DNA of 64,000 nt from Moniliella sp. 'wahieum'. Taxonomy: Eukaryota. The stretch is taken from the NCBI GenBank assembly GCA_003971905.1, contig RSEE01000057.1, positions 186,001-250,000 of the forward strand. Direction: 5' to 3'. Positions 1 through 11,175 of the stretch are shown piece by piece. Under the pieces are notes generated by a model. It was not told the DNA's origin. It did no database searches and saw only the letters and a list, made by a program, of their open reading frames with translations. Both the position numbers and the translations under genes were made by a program. Every line of letters begins with the position of its first letter. Positions within the stretch are counted from its first letter, which is position 1.

Positions 1-1428
1 CCGGCCGTGCAGCCCATGGGGGCGAGTTTGGGTACACTACCGCCACATCCACGCCCACAGGCGATCCCAATCGCCGTCCCTCCTACAACAACAAGTCCCC
101 TTCCCGCGATAGTGCGCGCAGCCCCGTCTCGGCCACCCGTTCCTCAGCGGAAAGTCTGTATGCCACTTCGTCCGGATGGTTAGATACCAAGCCTGTGCTC
201 GGATCCTTGTTTGGTGGCGAGGCACCTTCGCACAACCAAGCTGGCTTGCCTCCCATGGGCCAGCAACTGGAACCCGATCCTGCACGCGCAAAGGTCTTCT
301 CTTCGCTTCAAAAGCGGGTACGGGACGGTTCGCTGCCTTCCCCCGGTCGGCCCGTGAGAGTAGTAGAATACGGATCGGTGCGTGGCCGTGCGTTCCCCCT
401 GTTGTCCCACTTGATTGGCACATTGGCCGAGGCCTTGTCCACTTCCGCCCCCGCCCGAGAGGAGGGGACCGACATGATCATCATCCATGTTGATACGGAA
501 GGGACAGACTTTCGCGGTGTCATGGCTGCGCTTCACACCGATCCAACCTCCTACCTTTCCGAGGGGTTTTCACGTGCCTACCCTTCCGCCCATGTGTTTC
601 CCTACTTTACCACGCATCCCTTTGGTACGCCTGTCTGTCCTCGTCAAAGCGTGGACCTTGGCATCTCATTGATGGACCTTCATTGGGCGCATCCACCACC
701 AACGGATCCCACCGCCCCTTCCTTCCCCCTACGTCGGTCTTCCGCTTCCGCTTTCTCTGTCACCCCTCTCGCTGCCTCTGAGCATGCGGGGGAACTGAGC
801 CGATTCCTCCTAAGTCGAGCACGGGAACTGCGACCGGGAGGGCAATTGGTGGTGGCCTACATTGCACGGGATGAGAGGGTGCCAACGGACCATTCCTCTT
901 CTTCGCATCGATCCGACAAGGACGAAGTGTGGACGGTGCTCAACTCTTTGCTCGGACCTTCGATCCAGCGCTTGGTTTCCTGTGGAATGCTCAAGGCCGA
1001 TGTAGCGCGTGCGATGATGAGTCTACCTCTGTTCCCACGTACGCAGAAACAAAGTCTCCACGCACTCCGGGAACAGGAGGCGTTATGGCAAGTGGAATGG
1101 GCCTGTGGTCTAGGCGATCTACCTTGCCCTTCGCCCCCCGAGTCTCAGCCCCATCCATTGCGCATTCCCCATCCTGCTTGGAGCTCCTACTGCGCCGGCT
1201 ACCTCGCTCGCGACGGCTATGCCGAGCATTTGGTTCTGCTCATCAAGAACTTGTATGAAGCGCATTGGCGTGCCCTCCTTTCTGGCGGGGCCTGAGTAAG
1301 GGCGCAGTAGCCTATACTCTCGATGCGCTCTACGACGTGATCCAGAGCCGCATCGATGACATCCCCCTGAAGAATCCCTACCACGGATCGAGTTTGATGT
1401 GTGCATATACTCCCTGCGACGACGCTAG
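1..1428 (+). CDS. SAM-dependent carboxyl methyltransferase-like protein (SABATH / Methyltransf_7 fold), 5' end outside window
   Basis: Frame of ORF 195..1295 is open back to the window start. Motifs VRVVEYGS, IIHVDTEGTDF, SVDLGISLMDLHW and FLLSRARELRPGGQLVV resemble SABATH motifs (SLHWLS, FL..RA.EL..GG.MV). The C-terminus continues across two apparent frameshifts (~1290, ~1385) to IEFDVCIYSLRRR* (TAG 1426-1428). Confidence 0.6.
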
Positions 1429-2301
1429 TCGTGCCCTCTCCGCATCATCCTGTCCTGCCCTGACCTCTCCTGTCCTTCCTTGCTTCCTTGCTTCTTTCCT
1501 TCCCCCCTCTCTCCCTCTCTCCTTCACACTCCCCCCTCTCCCTACTCAATCCGGTCCTGTTTGATGACGAAAAGAGGGAGGAAAAGTCATTGTTATATGT
1601 TCCCTTGTTGTTCCATTCTCATCGTCGTGTAAACCCTCTTCTCGCTCCTGGGGGGCTGTTATGGAATGTGGTGTGCTATCCTGTACACAGCTAAGCGTCG
1701 GGGAAGGATGGATCTCAATTTGTCCCTGGTGTGTCGGTGCGGGGTGGCCCTAGCTCGAGATAAAGACGGGGCCGGGATAGAGACTGAGCTGAACGTTGCA
1801 CTGAACGATGGTTGAGCCACAAAGACAATCAAGGTGAGCTCTCAGCCTTAGCCGCAAAGGTGAATGGTGAGCTTGGTGTAAAGCTTAAAGCTTGAAGGTA
1901 GAGGCCACTATAGTCACTACATGCGGAGCCCGCAAAACATATCGATCTTGTCGCTGCCAACGAGACTCATGTGCCAAGCGGAAGCAATCGTTCCTTGGCA
2001 ATCTTTGACAGCCTCTCTCGAGTGGTGGCCTGACCAAGGAAAGAACAGTAAGAGCCGGCAGCCGTCGTGGCGACAGAAAGAGGTTGGGAATTAAATAATT
2101 GGCCTCTCAGCAATATCCATATTGAGTTCCCCTTTCCCTGCCCTGCCCCAGGGTCACCGGTCACCGACGATCATACGTGTTCCGCTCCTCTATTCCGCCC
2201 CTGCCTGGCCAAGCGAGCCTCTTGCCATGCCCAAGTGGCCAAAGTGGGGCGGCGCCACGTTGCACTCGCGCCTCGGGCCTCTGACCACCACCCACGACAG
2301 A

Positions 2302-2505
2302 ATGATTTCGGACGTTGGTCTGGCCGCGTTGTCCAACTACCTTGGTGGGCTGGCCATGGTGCTGATTGTCGGTTACCACGTACGTCTCCTCCTCTCTCTC
2401 TTCTCCTCTTCTCCTTGCCTGTGTGCCCTGCTGACCCCCGGGATGACCCAGCTGCTGGCGGTTAACGTACGTGCGCAAGAGGAGGACCAAGCCCAGCTGC
2501 GCTAA
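2302..2505 (+). CDS. OST4: Oligosaccharyltransferase subunit 4 (43 aa micro-protein), 2 exons 2302-2379 and 2452-2505
   Basis: Spliced product MISDVGLAALSNYLGGLAMVLIVGYH|LLAVNVRAQEEDQAQLR* matches the Ost4 pattern MISD..L......G..M..LIV.YH. Intron 2380-2451 has a GTACGT donor, CTGAC branch point and CAG acceptor. Confidence 0.9.
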   Translation: MISDVGLAALSNYLGGLAMVLIVGYHVRLLLSLFSSSPCLCALLTPGMTQLLAVNVRAQEEDQAQLR

Positions 2506-3676
2506 ACGCGCTAATGTGAGGGGAGGGCGTCTTACCGCACCCCTACCCTCTGCCCACCTACCCTTTGGATGAAGATGGACCTGCTCCCCCGCTTGCCTTG
2601 TACCTACTGAGACTACGCAATGCAGTACTTCTTCTGGCATTTCCTATTGGCGCCGCTCGCTGCCCGGGGTACCAGATGCCCGTAGTACGTTTGGGGCTTC
2701 GCCCCGCCCCGAACGTCCCTTTTTCTTCCTGGTCCGCACCTACTACTATGTCGAACCTGGTCCCGTTGCACGCCAGGCCTAGTGCTCCGCTCCAGCACGC
2801 ACGGCGGGTGCGTGAGGACGCATGGGACCAAGTCAGTTACAGACCGAGAGCTCCCTCAGCGCGAGCCGTATGTGTCAGTCGTGTTTATGGAGACGGGGAC
2901 GGTGCTGTTAAGTTTCCAGCAACGAAAGAGGGACTACGTTCAGATTAGGAACGGTGGGAAGGAGGCGGTGGGATGAGCGAAGTGTAGAACGCGGTGTGGA
3001 GTGGGGGCTGGTACAAGCCCAACTCAGCGCTTTCTTCTTCGCCTGCCGGCTTGGGCGTCCCTGGAAAGTAGGCTGTGGAAAGCAAACACGTTGGTCCAGG
3101 ACAAGAATGTGGTGAGCCCACCCGGACCGGACGCTGGGGTGGAAAGGCATGGTGCCCAAGGTGACGAAGGGCTAGAACAGGCCGCTGCGCCTCGCTCAGG
3201 AGGAAGGAGGCATGGTAGATGGGTCAGTGCCATCCGAAACGAAATGGGCGAGGGGGGCCGATCCAAGGCACGGGCGCAGGATCCAGAGGGCAAGACCAGC
3301 TGCGAGCGCTCAGCTCAGGACCGAGTCTCTGCGTCTGGCGTCGGCGGTGCACGGACGGGGGTGGTGGGCAGTCAGTATCAGGAGCCACGGCGGGTGCACG
3401 TGACCTGGTGAGGTGGGATTTCCGTGTTGACGTTCCACCGGCGGAAGGCAGCCAGTCAAGCCAGTCACGGGGGCTGTCATGTCCCTGGCTGGTTCACGAC
3501 TCACTCGGTCCTCGCCAGACGCAGCCCACCCGTTCGACCGTGCGTTCGGCAGGCGTTGGCTGCACACAGCCTCTCCTTCCATCATCCCATCCTCCTTGGC
3601 CGCCCCATCACCATCGCCATCGCCACCACCACCACCACAACAACTCCTGCCCCCACTGCCCCCGTCGCCTGCTCCC

Positions 3677-5019
3677 ATGGCCCAGCCTGCTGAGCTGCGC
3701 ACCCCTGACGTTGCCCCTGCCACGGCCCCCACTGTGCCGGCAGAGCCAGCTGTGCCCGGTGTGACGGCACCTGCGCTGCACCAGGCCCAGTCTTCGTCTC
3801 CCATCCCGGATCAGACCCCGGCTTAGCCCCGGCTCAGGCTCAAGCTCAGTCTCAGATCCAGAATCCGACTCAGACCCGGGCCCAGCCCCAGACCCAGACC
3901 CACACTCCCGCGCAAGTACAACCGCAGCCGCAACCGCAAGCGCAACAAGCCCAAGCCCAACCCCATGCCCAGCCGCAAAAGCGCAAGCTCAGTGGCCGCT
4001 ACTCGCTCAGTGACTTTACCATCCAAAAGACACTGGGAACCGGTTCCTTTGGGCGCGTGCACCTGGTCCGGTCGCGTCACAATGGGCGACCGTATGCGAT
4101 CAAGGTGCTACGTAAGGAGAAGGTGGTACGAATGAAGCAGGTGGAGCACACCAATTCCGAACGTGCCGTGTTGGCTGCGGTACGGCACCCGTTCCTGGTC
4201 AACTTGTGGGGTACCATGCAAGACCCCACATTTTTGTACATGGTGATGGACTTTGTTCCGGGAGGAGAACTGTTCACGTTGTTACGCAAGAGTCAACGGT
4301 TCCCTGCCCCCGTGGCAAAATTCTACGCGGCCGAGGTTGCGCTCGCGTTGGACTACCTTCATTCCATGGGTACATTTACCGCGACCTCAAGCCCGAGAAC
4401 ATCTTGATTGCCGCCGATGGTCATTTGAAAGTGACCGACTTTGGATTTGCCAAGTACGTGCCGGATGTGACGTGGACGCTGTGTGGTACACCAGATTACC
4501 TTGCGCCGGAAATTGTAAGTGCCAAGCCGTACAACAAGGCGGTGGACTGGTGGTCGTTGGGGTCCTGCTGTACGAGATGTTGGCGGGTCATCCGCCGTTT
4601 TACACCGACGATAAGAACCCCATCAAACTGTACGAGAAGATCGTGGCGTGCAAAGTCCGTTTCCCGCCGTTTTTCGAAACGGGTGCCAAGGACTTGCTCA
4701 AGAACTTGCTCACCCCCGATTTGACTAAACGGTATGGTAATCTGGCACGTGGATCGCACGATATTTTTTCCCACCTCTGGTTTGCCGAGGTGGACTGGGC
4801 CAAGCTCGCACGACGGGAGATCCATGCGCCTTACATCCCTGCCATTGGCATCGACGGCGATGGGAGCCAGTATGTGTCTTCCTCTGCTCTGTCCATGGCG
4901 ACTCGCATACTAATCCTCGTGAACACGACAGGTTTGAGCGGTACGAAGAAGTGGACATTAGCGAGTACAACCACCCGGAACGGCCGGATCCTTATGGCTA
5001 CCTCTTCCCCGAGTTCTGA
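3677..5019 (+). CDS. PKA1: cAMP-dependent protein kinase catalytic subunit (Adr1/Tpk-like) with Q/P-rich N-terminus
   Basis: [44 protein letters not shown] and C-terminal YGYLFPEF*. Intron 4870-4931 (GTATGT...CTAAT...CAG). Frameshifts near 3820, 4370 and 4560. Start uncertain: ATG 3677 or in-frame ATG 3479. Confidence 0.93.
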
Positions 5020-6732
5020 TCTTACTCTCAATGTTCTTATCCCGTTCCTGGTCATGTATGTCAATCTCTTTCTCAGTGACACGGAAATCCAAATCTAGGG
5101 CTGCTTACTGGTTGGGCCTGGCAAGGTCCATCGTTGCATGAGTCTCTGTGCGTCTGGGTATTGTGGAGTGGCGGATCTAGGCGTCCTGCGCCAGACGACA
5201 GAAAAGGAGGTGTGGACCTTCACGATTTGGAAGCCCCGGAGTTGCTTTTGCAAAAGACAACAACCAGGGGCCCTCCTCTGGCACCACATGGAGATGAGGC
5301 GATGAGGTCCAGATGTCCCTGAAGCGCCTGATGGGGGATAAGTACTGAGTATGAGATCGGGGGGAGGAGGCAGTGCGATGGACTAGACAGGAAAGACAAC
5401 CAGGTCCCAGGTACAGGAGCCCAGAAGCGAACATCTCAGATCTCATAGGCAAAGCCAATTCGCATTGTAGGCGCTTCCGGAAGAACGTGGCGAGCGTTCA
5501 ACATGTAACACCCCCTGTATTGGCCTTGTGTGCATGTGAGGGGGAGCAAGAAGCTTAAGGCCAGAAGCTTAAGCTAAACGCAAGAAGCTTGAGGACAAGG
5601 TATAGATCGAGACGCAGGAGGGGTTGCACATTGAATCAACGTTGAACCCGGTGACCAGCGATCCAGTGAGCGTACCCAGTACAGCGTTGGTGGTCAGGCG
5701 ATCATCGATCAGGCAGGCGGTCAGGCAGTCAGGTTGATCCACACTTCTGGCTGTAATAGCAGTGCTGATTCTGCCTGAACGGCAAGGAACGATCAAGTGG
5801 CGGTCCAACAATGTGGGCGACTGAATTTCCAGGGGGTATTGAAGGTTTTACGAACTTTATGTATGACGTGTACACCAGCCGACGTGGCGGATCGACGCGA
5901 GCGCGTGAGCAAAATAAACGAGGGTACCTTCTCCTATTAAGCAACTCGAGTACCTTGTGGCTGTAGTAACTAGTAACCAGTAAAGCTAGTAACGGCGGAT
6001 TTAACTCAAGTTTTTGGCCGCACAACATATGCACTGCGTTCGCCACGATGAGAGGGGGGGAATCGATCGAACCGCGAGGACAATATCATAGAGAAGCCTA
6101 ATTGCATACTGTGGCCATGTATAAGCGCATAAGCCCTATATCCACAGGCATGCCTGACAGGATTTAGGATGAGCTTGTAGAAGTAATGAACTTAATGAGC
6201 CTCCCAAGGCTGGCCTACTCACTCTGCCACGTTAAAAGCATAAACCACTGTCAAAAAAGTGGTCTCCTGCTTTGGCAGACGGAGGTCACCGGTCACATAT
6301 CTATCTGTCAATCTCATGCTGCGACTTCAACGTTCGACGAAGTCTCTTCTCTAGCCCAAATCTCCCAAAGCTACAGTCCACCCATCGGTTCATTGTTAAC
6401 AGAACCTAAATCTCATCGGTCGCATCGCTTACGAGAAGTTGAGCATACTCAGGACTCACTTAATACTCACTTAGTACTCACGAGGACGCATCGCCAAGCG
6501 AAGAAGTGATACTGGTAACAGGTGTAACAGGAACATCAGAGGCCAGCGCACAACACCTACCACATTTCCAGCCCTCCAGCCTTGCAGCTTTCCGGCTCTC
6601 CAGCTGAACACCCAAGTCGACTACGATGGGGCAAACATGAATAAATAAAGCAGGACGGGGACAACTAGACAGAAATGAGGAGTTGGGTACAGGAGGGTAT
6701 GACGTACGCTTTTGATTCGCACGTCGTGTGTA

Positions 6733-6830
6733 GGGGGAGAGAAGGGGAGGGGGGGGGGGGGGGAGAGGAAAAGAGAGAGACAAGGAAAAGTGGGGGGAAT
6801 GGGGGCGGGGAGGATGAAGGGGGGGAACTG
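6733..6830. repeat. Polypurine / G-tract low-complexity region (G-quadruplex-capable)
   Basis: Multiple G runs including one of more than 12 G; almost purine-only on the + strand; lies downstream of the cyclin gene. Confidence 0.55.
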
Positions 6831-7691
6831 TGGCGGGCACGCTCTCAAAACAAACAAAGAGAAACTGCAAATCACCGTGTCAAAAAAGGAAAGTAAAACG
6901 AAGGCCAAAACGGTGCCGCGCCGGTAAGCCGACAAGAGAAAAGACGAAAACGCGATTGTTCTGTGACAGTGGCAGGTAAAGAGCCCCAAAATGCGCTACC
7001 GATCCCGGATGATCGATGGCCCCTGGGTACGGGCGCCAGCCGGCCCATGAGAAAAAATAAAACTGGAGCTGGCGGGCCCAAACCCGAAGGAGGTTGGAGA
7101 AGAGGCTAGGGAAAGCGGTGGGAGGAGAGAGAGAGTACGTGGTAGGTGCCGAAACCTAGGCCAAATGGTTGGCCTGTGGATCAAAGGAAAGGGGCAAGGT
7201 CAACGGCAAAGGTGGAGGTGGGGGGGCTTTTCCACGGTGGTGGAACCAATGATAATCATGTTCCATCACGACCGACGAAGGGGTACGAATCAACCCACCT
7301 CCGCAATGGGAGGTGGAAGCGGACGAGGCACGGGATCGCCCTACGGGCATACCAAGTGAACCTGAAGAGGAATCGCCCGAACTTCGGCCGACAAAAGGGG
7401 GGGAAACGTGTTTTCGGAGGACAGTAGGTTGTCGGGCTGGGCAACACACGAGGCGAGGAGGGAGATGGCTCCAGGGGTGACTCCAGACGAGGCGCATGCA
7501 GTTGGACAAAGGGGTTGGATGCTGGTCCGGTCTGAGTCCAAGACATGGAAGGGAGGCGGTGGTGGTAGATTCTAGAGCGTTGATGATGGAGAAAGGTGGG
7601 TTCGCTAGTGAGTTGGCCAAGGTAGATTTAGCTCCCAAAGGTCGAAGGGGCGAAGAGTAAGAGCGGGTAGAACGGGTGGAGAAGGGCCAGG

Positions 7692-8651
7692 TCAGCTTAG
7701 TAGGCGACGGTTCGGGGATGAAGGTGGTGGGTCTGAGGCAGGAGCAAGGTGGGCCATAGGTGGGGGGGCAGCCGAACTAGGTGCGGCAGTGCGAGGAGGG
7801 ATGTAGAGTGCCTCATCAAGACACCCTCGTTCCAACAGATCGGCGAAACCGAGAAGCTGTTCCGCAAGGACGTTGACCCGGTGCCCGAGAAAGTAAACAG
7901 CTCCTGCTCCATAGTGTTGATGTCTTTTAAACTGAACAGGCCCTGCCCGACAATCGTCCAGGACTTGTTGGAGTATGTGTCGTCGCAAAGCGCCTTGCTC
8001 GAAAGCATCAAGGCGGAGATGAAGAGCCGGTGGCCGCTGGAGCCACGTGACGACGGAAAGCGTTGTTTAAGGCGCTTAAGGAGGTAGAGAGCTTGGTAAA
8101 CGACCAGGGTGGGCAGACGGGTACGATGCAACGCATATGCCACAAACTCCACCAACCGAGGTGTTTCGCCCGAAGGGTTCGTCCTCGATCGTGGACGGGA
8201 TGCCCCTTCTGGAGGGCTAACGAGGGGGGCAGGAGAAGAGGGCGGTGATGACCGCTTCACACAGCTCCGACAGGGCGCGGAAGCCATACAAGTTGCTCAA
8301 ATCCCGCCTGGAGGGTGTGAGCGTCATAGGGGGTTGGAGGGCAGGTGGTATACCCTCAGCGAGGTGAGGAGCCATCACCTGGATGGGCACCGCGCGCTCC
8401 TCGAAGTTGGCATCGACCTCCATCACGGCCTGAGACTGGCGCGACATAAACGGGGGCTGCAGGGCAGGTGGCACCTCAGCCCGGGTGGGGGCCGGCGGGC
8501 AAGGCACGGAGGCAAGACAGGATGCTGCGCGTGGCCTGAAGGCATCGGCAGGTAGAAAAACTGGGCCGGTGCCGTGTGCATAGGAATTGTCATGGTGATA
8601 ATCATGGACATGGGCATGGGCATGGGCGTGGGCGTGGGTGTGGGGGGACAT
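7692..8651 (-). CDS. Pho80/Pcl-family cyclin (cyclin N-terminal box) with His-Ala-rich N-terminus
   Basis: LVEFVAYALHRTRLP...ALYLLKRLK.RFP...GSSGHRLFISALMLSSKALCDDTYSNKSW...FSLKDINTMEQEL is a typical Pcl cyclin box. Likely ATG at 8651 (MSPHTHAHAHAH). Frameshifts near 8230 and 7890; 3' end uncertain. Confidence 0.8.
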
Positions 8652-8931
8652 AGTTGGCCGGGGTGAGGTCGGGATGATGGAGTTGGGGGTGGAGGGGGTG
8701 GAGGGGTGGGGTGTAAAGTGGCCAGAGAGCAGGCCCGAGTGGCACGGATGACCAGCGCAGTTAACGTTCAACAGGGGCTGGCAGTAGCAGGGAGCGTTGG
8801 CCCGCAGGGAAGGGAGTAGGGTCCGAGCAGTACTTGAGCTGGAACCGTTGGGCGCGGTGGCAGGCCAGTAACGCTCAGGCTGCGGCGAGCGGTGGGAGCA
8901 GGGAAAAGAAACGGAGCGGGGGGGGGGAGGA

Positions 8932-8975
8932 GGATGGTGATGGTGATGGTGATGGCGATGGCGATGGTGATGGTG
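8932..8975 (+). repeat. (GATGGY)n hexamer microsatellite upstream of the cyclin start
   Basis: gatggtgatggtgatggtgatggcgatggcgatggtgatggtga read directly. Confidence 0.8.
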
Positions 8976-9164
8976 AGAGGCTGGGGACGGACAGAAGGTT
9001 CAAGTGGGCGTGGATCGGTGCTGGCGGCCCAAGGCGGGGGGGGCAGAAGAAGAGCAGATGGAAGAAGACGGTGGCGGGGGGAAGCGACCGATATATGTTG
9101 AGTGCTGCGACTAGCCGCACTGCTTCGGTCTCCTGTCGTGCGGGCTGAGACAGAGCCCTGCGGC

Positions 9165-11175
9165 GGGCATCATGCATTGTGCATCACATGTCATGCATGT
9201 CATGCACCAGCACTAAGTCCTAAGACTGCGTCTGCAGTATGCAGCATCGATTATCTGCGCTACGTACTTTCCTTTGTCTCGAAGCTCGCAGCACCGCAGA
9301 GCGCTGCAGAGCACCGCGTGCACCGCCCGGCCCTGCTCTACGTGCCATTGCGAAATGGATACCGAGTGTACGGAATACTGACGTACTGACATGGATCGAA
9401 TTGATCCCATCCCCACATCAGTGGCGAACGGTGACCGGTGACCACAAGTTGTGACTGAATAGATTGGCTTTGGTGACCGGTGACCGGTGACCCGGTGGCT
9501 CGGTGATTCGGTGACGCCACGTGTGACACAGTGCGCTAACGCATGACGCGTGCGATTGCCCAGCTGGTTAATCCGCTTAGTTAAGCTATGTTACATGTTA
9601 AGCTTGAAGCCAGTTTGTTTCGTAGATGTACTTGGTTGTTGCCCGTTGTTGTTGGCTTAAGATTTACCAGCCAGAGCCCCAGTCTGAGGGTTGCTGGTTA
9701 CTAGTTACTAGTTACTGGTTACCGGTTATGCATTATGCATTATGAGGCCTGGACCTGATCGATGATCGATGACCACCCAATCGAGGCTCGATACTTTTTC
9801 CCAGCCGCCACCGTACCTGTGCGCTTTCCCTCTCAGATCTCAACACTCTCACAACTCTCCGAACTCGGCCACCATGCACATCATGGATGCCGTGCATCAT
9901 ATATCCGCCCCCCCTTCGTCGCCATCATGCATATCAATGCATCAACAATGAATATATTCAACGTTCAACGTTCAATGTTCGATCAACACGTCCAACACGT
10001 TCAACGTTCAACGTTCAACGCCACCGGAGTCGTGCAACTGGAATCGGCAACCATGCCACATGTAAAAAACTGGTGTAACATGTAACTGGCGTAACCGGCG
10101 TGTTAACCGCGTATAAAAAAAACGTCGACGTTTGAACGTTCAACGTTCAGTTCAACACCTTTAACAGCTTTACCACCTTCAACGTCAGCCGCGTCAACGC
10201 GTCTCAACCGCGCGCCAACCAACATCGGGCGGGTTGAACGTTAAACGTTAAACGTTAACACGTTTACATGTTACATGTTACACATGCATAAATCCCCAAA
10301 TCACACCTACAAAACGTCACAATCTCTCGGGTCTCGTACCTAAAAAAGCGCCTGCTATTCGCGTCCAGATCACATGTCACATGGATGCCATCATATGTCA
10401 CGCGCGTCACATGCATGTCACTTGCAATGCGCCCCGTTCTAGCAGCTCTCCAAGCTCCAAGCTCCCAGCTCCTGAAGAGGCGCTTGAAACGCCGTATGGA
10501 CGACATGCAGGCGGACCAAAGAATGATTACTGACGCGTGACGTCGGAGTACTGAGTACTACTGAGCGTATTTTATAAGTTCTGAGACGGCCTGATCGCTG
10601 TCCTGGCCAGACTCTTCTGCGGTACCGTCGATCACCCAGGTTTATCAATGATTGATCCAAAATTTGTGGAGGCGCTCGGTTTTTAGCGGGTACCATCTTC
10701 AAGCTTCAGTATAGCTACAGCACGGCTTCAACTTCAGTTTATTCAAGCTTCAGTACCTTCAGTACTCAGTTGAGTACTTACTACTTATTGGCACTCTCGT
10801 GTGCGCACCGCATGTCATAGATTGCCACATCGATTGCATGTTGGGTGGTGGCGAGCAACAGCGCGGTGGCCTGTGCCATCACATGCATCACACACGTGAC
10901 GTGCTTGTCCTGCGATCAGTGTGTCTGGTCAGTGATACCTGTAATCGATAATCCCGCCGGCGATGTGACGCGTATCCTGCAATGAGTAATGGTCGATGAT
11001 CGATCGATGATCTATGGTGCCTAGTGCCTGGGCAGGATGCATGGCCGAGGGGTCGATCGGAAACGCGTACGTCATAAGTGCCATGCATGATCTTTCGGCC
11101 TTAGGAGCTTTAGGCACGCTGCCCAGAATATTAAGTGCGACACACGAAAAGAAAGCGCTAATAAGCGCTACGCGC
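9165..11175. repeat. Cluster of 7-bp periodic TNA + 4-bp-palindrome repeats (cluster A)
   Basis: Successive blocks of TGACCGG, TTACTAG, TTATGCA, TGATCGA, TCAACGT, TAAACGT, TTACATG, TGAGTAC and TCAAGCT units. Confidence 0.85.

Noticed and set aside
5095..6620. Short ORFs between PKA and the cyclin 3' region
   Set aside because: No recognisable motifs, consistent splice structure or coding-like composition.
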